The notes below the pieces were generated by a model. It saw nothing but the letters and a program-made list of their open reading frames with translations. It did no database searches and was not told the DNA's origin. From NCBI GenBank assembly GCA_017441705.1, contig JAFRWU010000014.1, positions 422-64,421 of the forward strand: 64,000 nt of DNA. Reading direction: 5' to 3'. The translations under genes were made by a program, and so were the position numbers. This document shows, one piece after another, positions 61,694 to 64,000 of this stretch (the stretch's first letter is position 1; the number at the start of each line of letters is the position of its first letter). The stretch is from Clostridia bacterium (lineage in GTDB: Bacteria > Bacillota > Clostridia > Oscillospirales > QAMX01).

Positions 61694-62812
61694 ATGGGCC
61701 CGCTCTCTCTTCTGATCAAGCCCGCCTCCGGCGGCTGCAACCTCCGGTGCCGGTACTGCTTTTACCGGGACCTTTCCGCAAGATGGGAGGAAAGCGGCGT
61801 CGCCATGAGCGAAGAGGTCATGGAGACGCTGGTCGACAGGGTCTTTGAAGAGGATCCCGCCGACGTGACGCTCGCCTTTCAGGGAGGGGAGCCGACGCTG
61901 CGCGGTCTGGATTTCTTCCGGAAGCTTGCCGCGCGCGTCAAAGAAAAAAACGTCCGGCGCGTCCCGGTGCATTATGCGATCCAGACCAACGGCATGCTCC
62001 TGGACGGGGACTGGGCGGCCTTCCTGGCCGAAAACCGCTTTCTGGTGGGACTTTCTCTGGACGGCACGCGGGAGATCCACGACGCCCTCCGCCCGAAGCC
62101 GGACGGCAGGGGAAGCTTCGGCGACGTGATGAAAAGCGCCCGGCTTCTGGAAAAGCACGGCGTGGATTTCAACATCCTGACGGTCGTTACGAACCGCCTT
62201 TCACGCCATCCCGAAAAGGTGTACGGGGAGATGAAAAAGGCGGGCTTCCGGTATCTGCAGTTCATCCCCTGCCTGGATCCCTTCGGAGAAAAGCCGGAGG
62301 AGAGCTTTGCGCCGTCGGCCGAACGCCTCGGCGATTTTTACGTCAGACTCTTTTCCCTCTGGTACCGGGACTTCATGCGCGGAGAATATATCAGCGTCCG
62401 CTGGTTCGACAATCTCATCCGCATGGCCATGGGAGAGCACCCCGAAATGTGCGGCCTGATAGGCTTCTGTCCGGGGCAGCTGGTGATCGAGGGGGACGGG
62501 AGCGTCTATCCCTGCGATTTTTACGTGAACGAACGGTACAAGCTGGGAAATCTCCGGGAGGATTCCTTCTCCGCCATGCTCGGGTCGGATGCGATGACGA
62601 ACTTCACGGAGCCCTCCTTCGCCCATGAGAAGGCGTGCGAGACCTGCGATTACCGTTACTTCTGCCGGGGCGGCTGCCGCCGCGACCGGGAATCGGATAT
62701 GGGCGGCGAAATCGGGCTGAACCGGTTCTGCGCGTCCTACAAGGCTTTTTTCGAGGCGTTTATGGAGAAGCTTCCCTCGATCATGGAAAAGCTTCGCGCC
62801 GAAGGACGGTAA
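61694..62812 (+). CDS. Anaerobic sulfatase-maturating enzyme-type radical SAM/SPASM protein
   Basis: 372 aa. The N-terminus LSLLIKPASGGCNLRCRYCFY contains CxxxCxxC. The protein is collinear with my recollection of Clostridium anSME, including FQGGEPTL, DGSVYPCDFYV and the C-terminal SPASM cysteines. Confidence 0.85.
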   Translation: MGPLSLLIKPASGGCNLRCRYCFYRDLSARWEESGVAMSEEVMETLVDRVFEEDPADVTLAFQGGEPTLRGLDFFRKLAARVKEKNVRRVPVHYAIQTNGMLLDGDWAAFLAENRFLVGLSLDGTREIHDALRPKPDGRGSFGDVMKSARLLEKHGVDFNILTVVTNRLSRHPEKVYGEMKKAGFRYLQFIPCLDPFGEKPEESFAPSAERLGDFYVRLFSLWYRDFMRGEYISVRWFDNLIRMAMGEHPEMCGLIGFCPGQLVIEGDGSVYPCDFYVNERYKLGNLREDSFSAMLGSDAMTNFTEPSFAHEKACETCDYRYFCRGGCRRDRESDMGGEIGLNRFCASYKAFFEAFMEKLPSIMEKLRAEGR

Positions 62813-62824
62813 AGGAGGATCGAT

Positions 62825-63331
62825 ATGCCGATGAAAGAATTGAAACCCGAAGAGTGGAATGAAAACGTCTTCCGCGCGGTGGGCAGGGACTGGCTTCTGG
62901 TGACTGCGGGCGACAGGGAGGGCTTTAACGCCATGACCGCAAGCTGGGGCCTTTTCGGAGAGCTCTGGGGCGAACACGTGGCGGAGATCTTCATCCGCCC
63001 CTCCCGGTATACCAAGAAATTCGTGGACGAGAACGAATACTTTTCCCTTTCGATCCTGCCCGACGGGCTTCACAAGGCTCACGCGGTCTTCGGGACCCTT
63101 TCGGGACGGGACCTGGACAAGACGAAAGAGACCGGATTGACGCCGGTATTCGAGGAAAAGGCGCCTTATTACGCCGAATCGCGCCTGGTTGTGATCCTGA
63201 AAAAGCTCTACGCGGCGGAGCTTGCGGGCGAAAGCTTTATCGACCGGGAGACCGACCTGCGCTGCTATCCCGAAAAGGATTACCATACCCTGTACGTGGG
63301 GAGGATCGAAAAGATCCTGGTACGCGGCTGA
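62825..63331 (+). CDS. Flavin reductase family protein (flavoredoxin-like)
   Basis: 168 aa. The FNAMTASWG motif is typical of the flavin-reductase-like domain. Confidence 0.8.
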   Translation: MPMKELKPEEWNENVFRAVGRDWLLVTAGDREGFNAMTASWGLFGELWGEHVAEIFIRPSRYTKKFVDENEYFSLSILPDGLHKAHAVFGTLSGRDLDKTKETGLTPVFEEKAPYYAESRLVVILKKLYAAELAGESFIDRETDLRCYPEKDYHTLYVGRIEKILVRG

Positions 63332-63587
63332 AGCGCGGGCGGCGCGCCCGTGTTTTCACATAAAAAATAACGGGGAGACCCGAAAAAACGTGAGGTGAGA
63401 AATCGATGGACGGCCGAAGTAGGAGAAGCGGAGAATCAACGCCTTTTGCGTGCGAACCCGACCCTCTGCCTTCTCCTGATCCGAAGAAGTCCCGGAAGGC
63501 CGCCGTCGGCGCGCTTTCCTGAGGAAGACGCATGCAAAGCCTCCGCTTTCCTTCTTTTCCCAGCAAACGATGAAAAGGAGTGAAAGT

Positions 63588-64000
63588 ATGCCCGAAAAAA
63601 TGACGTTCGAGAAAATGATCGCGAATCTTTACGAGGAACGGAAATACGCTTCGATCCGCGACGTTTTCAAAACCATGAATCCCGCGGATATCGCGTCCAT
63701 CTTCCAGGGGCTGGAAGAGGAGGAAACAAAATCCGCGGCGCTGTTCCGCCTGCTCCCGAAGGAGCTGGCGGCCGAAAGCTTCGTGGAAATGAGCCCGGAA
63801 CTGCAGGAAAACCTGATCATCAAGCTCTCGGATAACGAATTGAAGCAGATCGTGGACGAGCTGTATCTGGACGACGCGGTGGACCTGGTGGAGGAAATGC
63901 CCGCCAACGTGGTGAAGCGCATCCTCAAGCAGGCCGATCCCGAGACCCGCGCGATGATCAACGAGATGCTGAAATACCCGGAGGACAGCGCGGGCGGCAT
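63588..64000 (+). CDS. mgtE: Magnesium transporter MgtE, N-terminal fragment (runs off window)
   Basis: ATG 63588 follows aaaaggag. Contains MNPADIASIFQGLEEEE...LDDAVDLVEEMPANVVKRIL, typical of the MgtE_N domain. It is not in the track because no stop is reached. Confidence 0.85.
   Translation, partial: MPEKMTFEKMIANLYEERKYASIRDVFKTMNPADIASIFQGLEEEETKSAALFRLLPKELAAESFVEMSPELQENLIIKLSDNELKQIVDELYLDDAVDLVEEMPANVVKRILKQADPETRAMINEMLKYPEDSAGG

Noticed and set aside
63332-63587. M-box (ykoK) magnesium riboswitch upstream of mgtE
   Set aside because: One is expected from context, and the 256-nt gap contains CGTGAGGTGAG, which is reminiscent of the GUUAGGUGAGG start of the M-box. However, I could not find the other conserved cores as I recall them (AAUGGGUCAACAG, CUAAAGC.CUACG). 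An Infernal scan with RF00380 would settle it. It is not called as a feature.
1-64000. Mobile elements, prophage, toxin-antitoxin or defence systems, and tRNA/rRNA genes
   Set aside because: I looked for integrase, transposase or recombinase motifs, terminal inverted repeats flanking gene blocks, tRNA-like cloverleaf sequences, reverse transcriptase, and nuclease/ATPase pairs. None were recognised. Every gene block has ordinary metabolic or envelope content.

Overview
This is a 64-kb chromosomal window from a high-G+C, spore-forming Firmicute. The class Clostridia and an Oscillospiraceae/Ruminococcaceae-like gut anaerobe are inferences from gene content and codon usage, not from any search. 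I call 58 protein-coding genes and no rRNA, tRNA, CRISPR array, transposase, integrase or recognisable defence or phage genes. The content is mostly housekeeping and carbohydrate/peptide scavenging: (1) a complete de novo pyrimidine operon, pyrC-carB-pyrK-pyrD-pyrF-pyrE-pyrB, behind a consensus promoter and a PyrR-type attenuator-like leader; (2) cotJA-cotJB-cotJC spore-coat genes; (3) alr and nnr; (4) pepC, an M32 carboxypeptidase and luxS; (5) two GH38 alpha-mannosidases; (6) several esterases, serine hydrolases and aldo/keto reductases; (7) a MATE exporter, an EamA transporter and a 5' fragment of mgtE; (8) an oxygen-detoxification group (rubredoxin, reverse rubrerythrin, flavin reductase) next to an anSME-type radical SAM maturase. 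Two genes are missing from the supplied ORF track: a 51-aa rubredoxin (58861-59016, minus strand) and a 59-aa small ORF (6799-6978, minus strand). The track's very long extra ORFs (up to 1547 aa) are codon-aligned antisense shadows of real genes. I found no convincing novel multi-gene system such as a defence island, RiPP cluster or mobile element. The observations most worth a second look are: (a) a PyrB with the PyrI zinc domain fused to its C-terminus; (b) a 4-gene operon around an E2/CAT-fold acyltransferase whose catalytic His reads Glu; (c) a 520-bp gene-free region with degenerate repeats and a nested three-helix inverted-repeat architecture; (d) two tandem membrane-protein paralogs that share a 42-nt identical core, flanked by small Cys-rich proteins; (e) a dockerin-bearing putative papain-like protein next to a membrane-anchored cadherin-like surface protein. 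All functional calls rest on motifs I recognise by eye. No database search was run.
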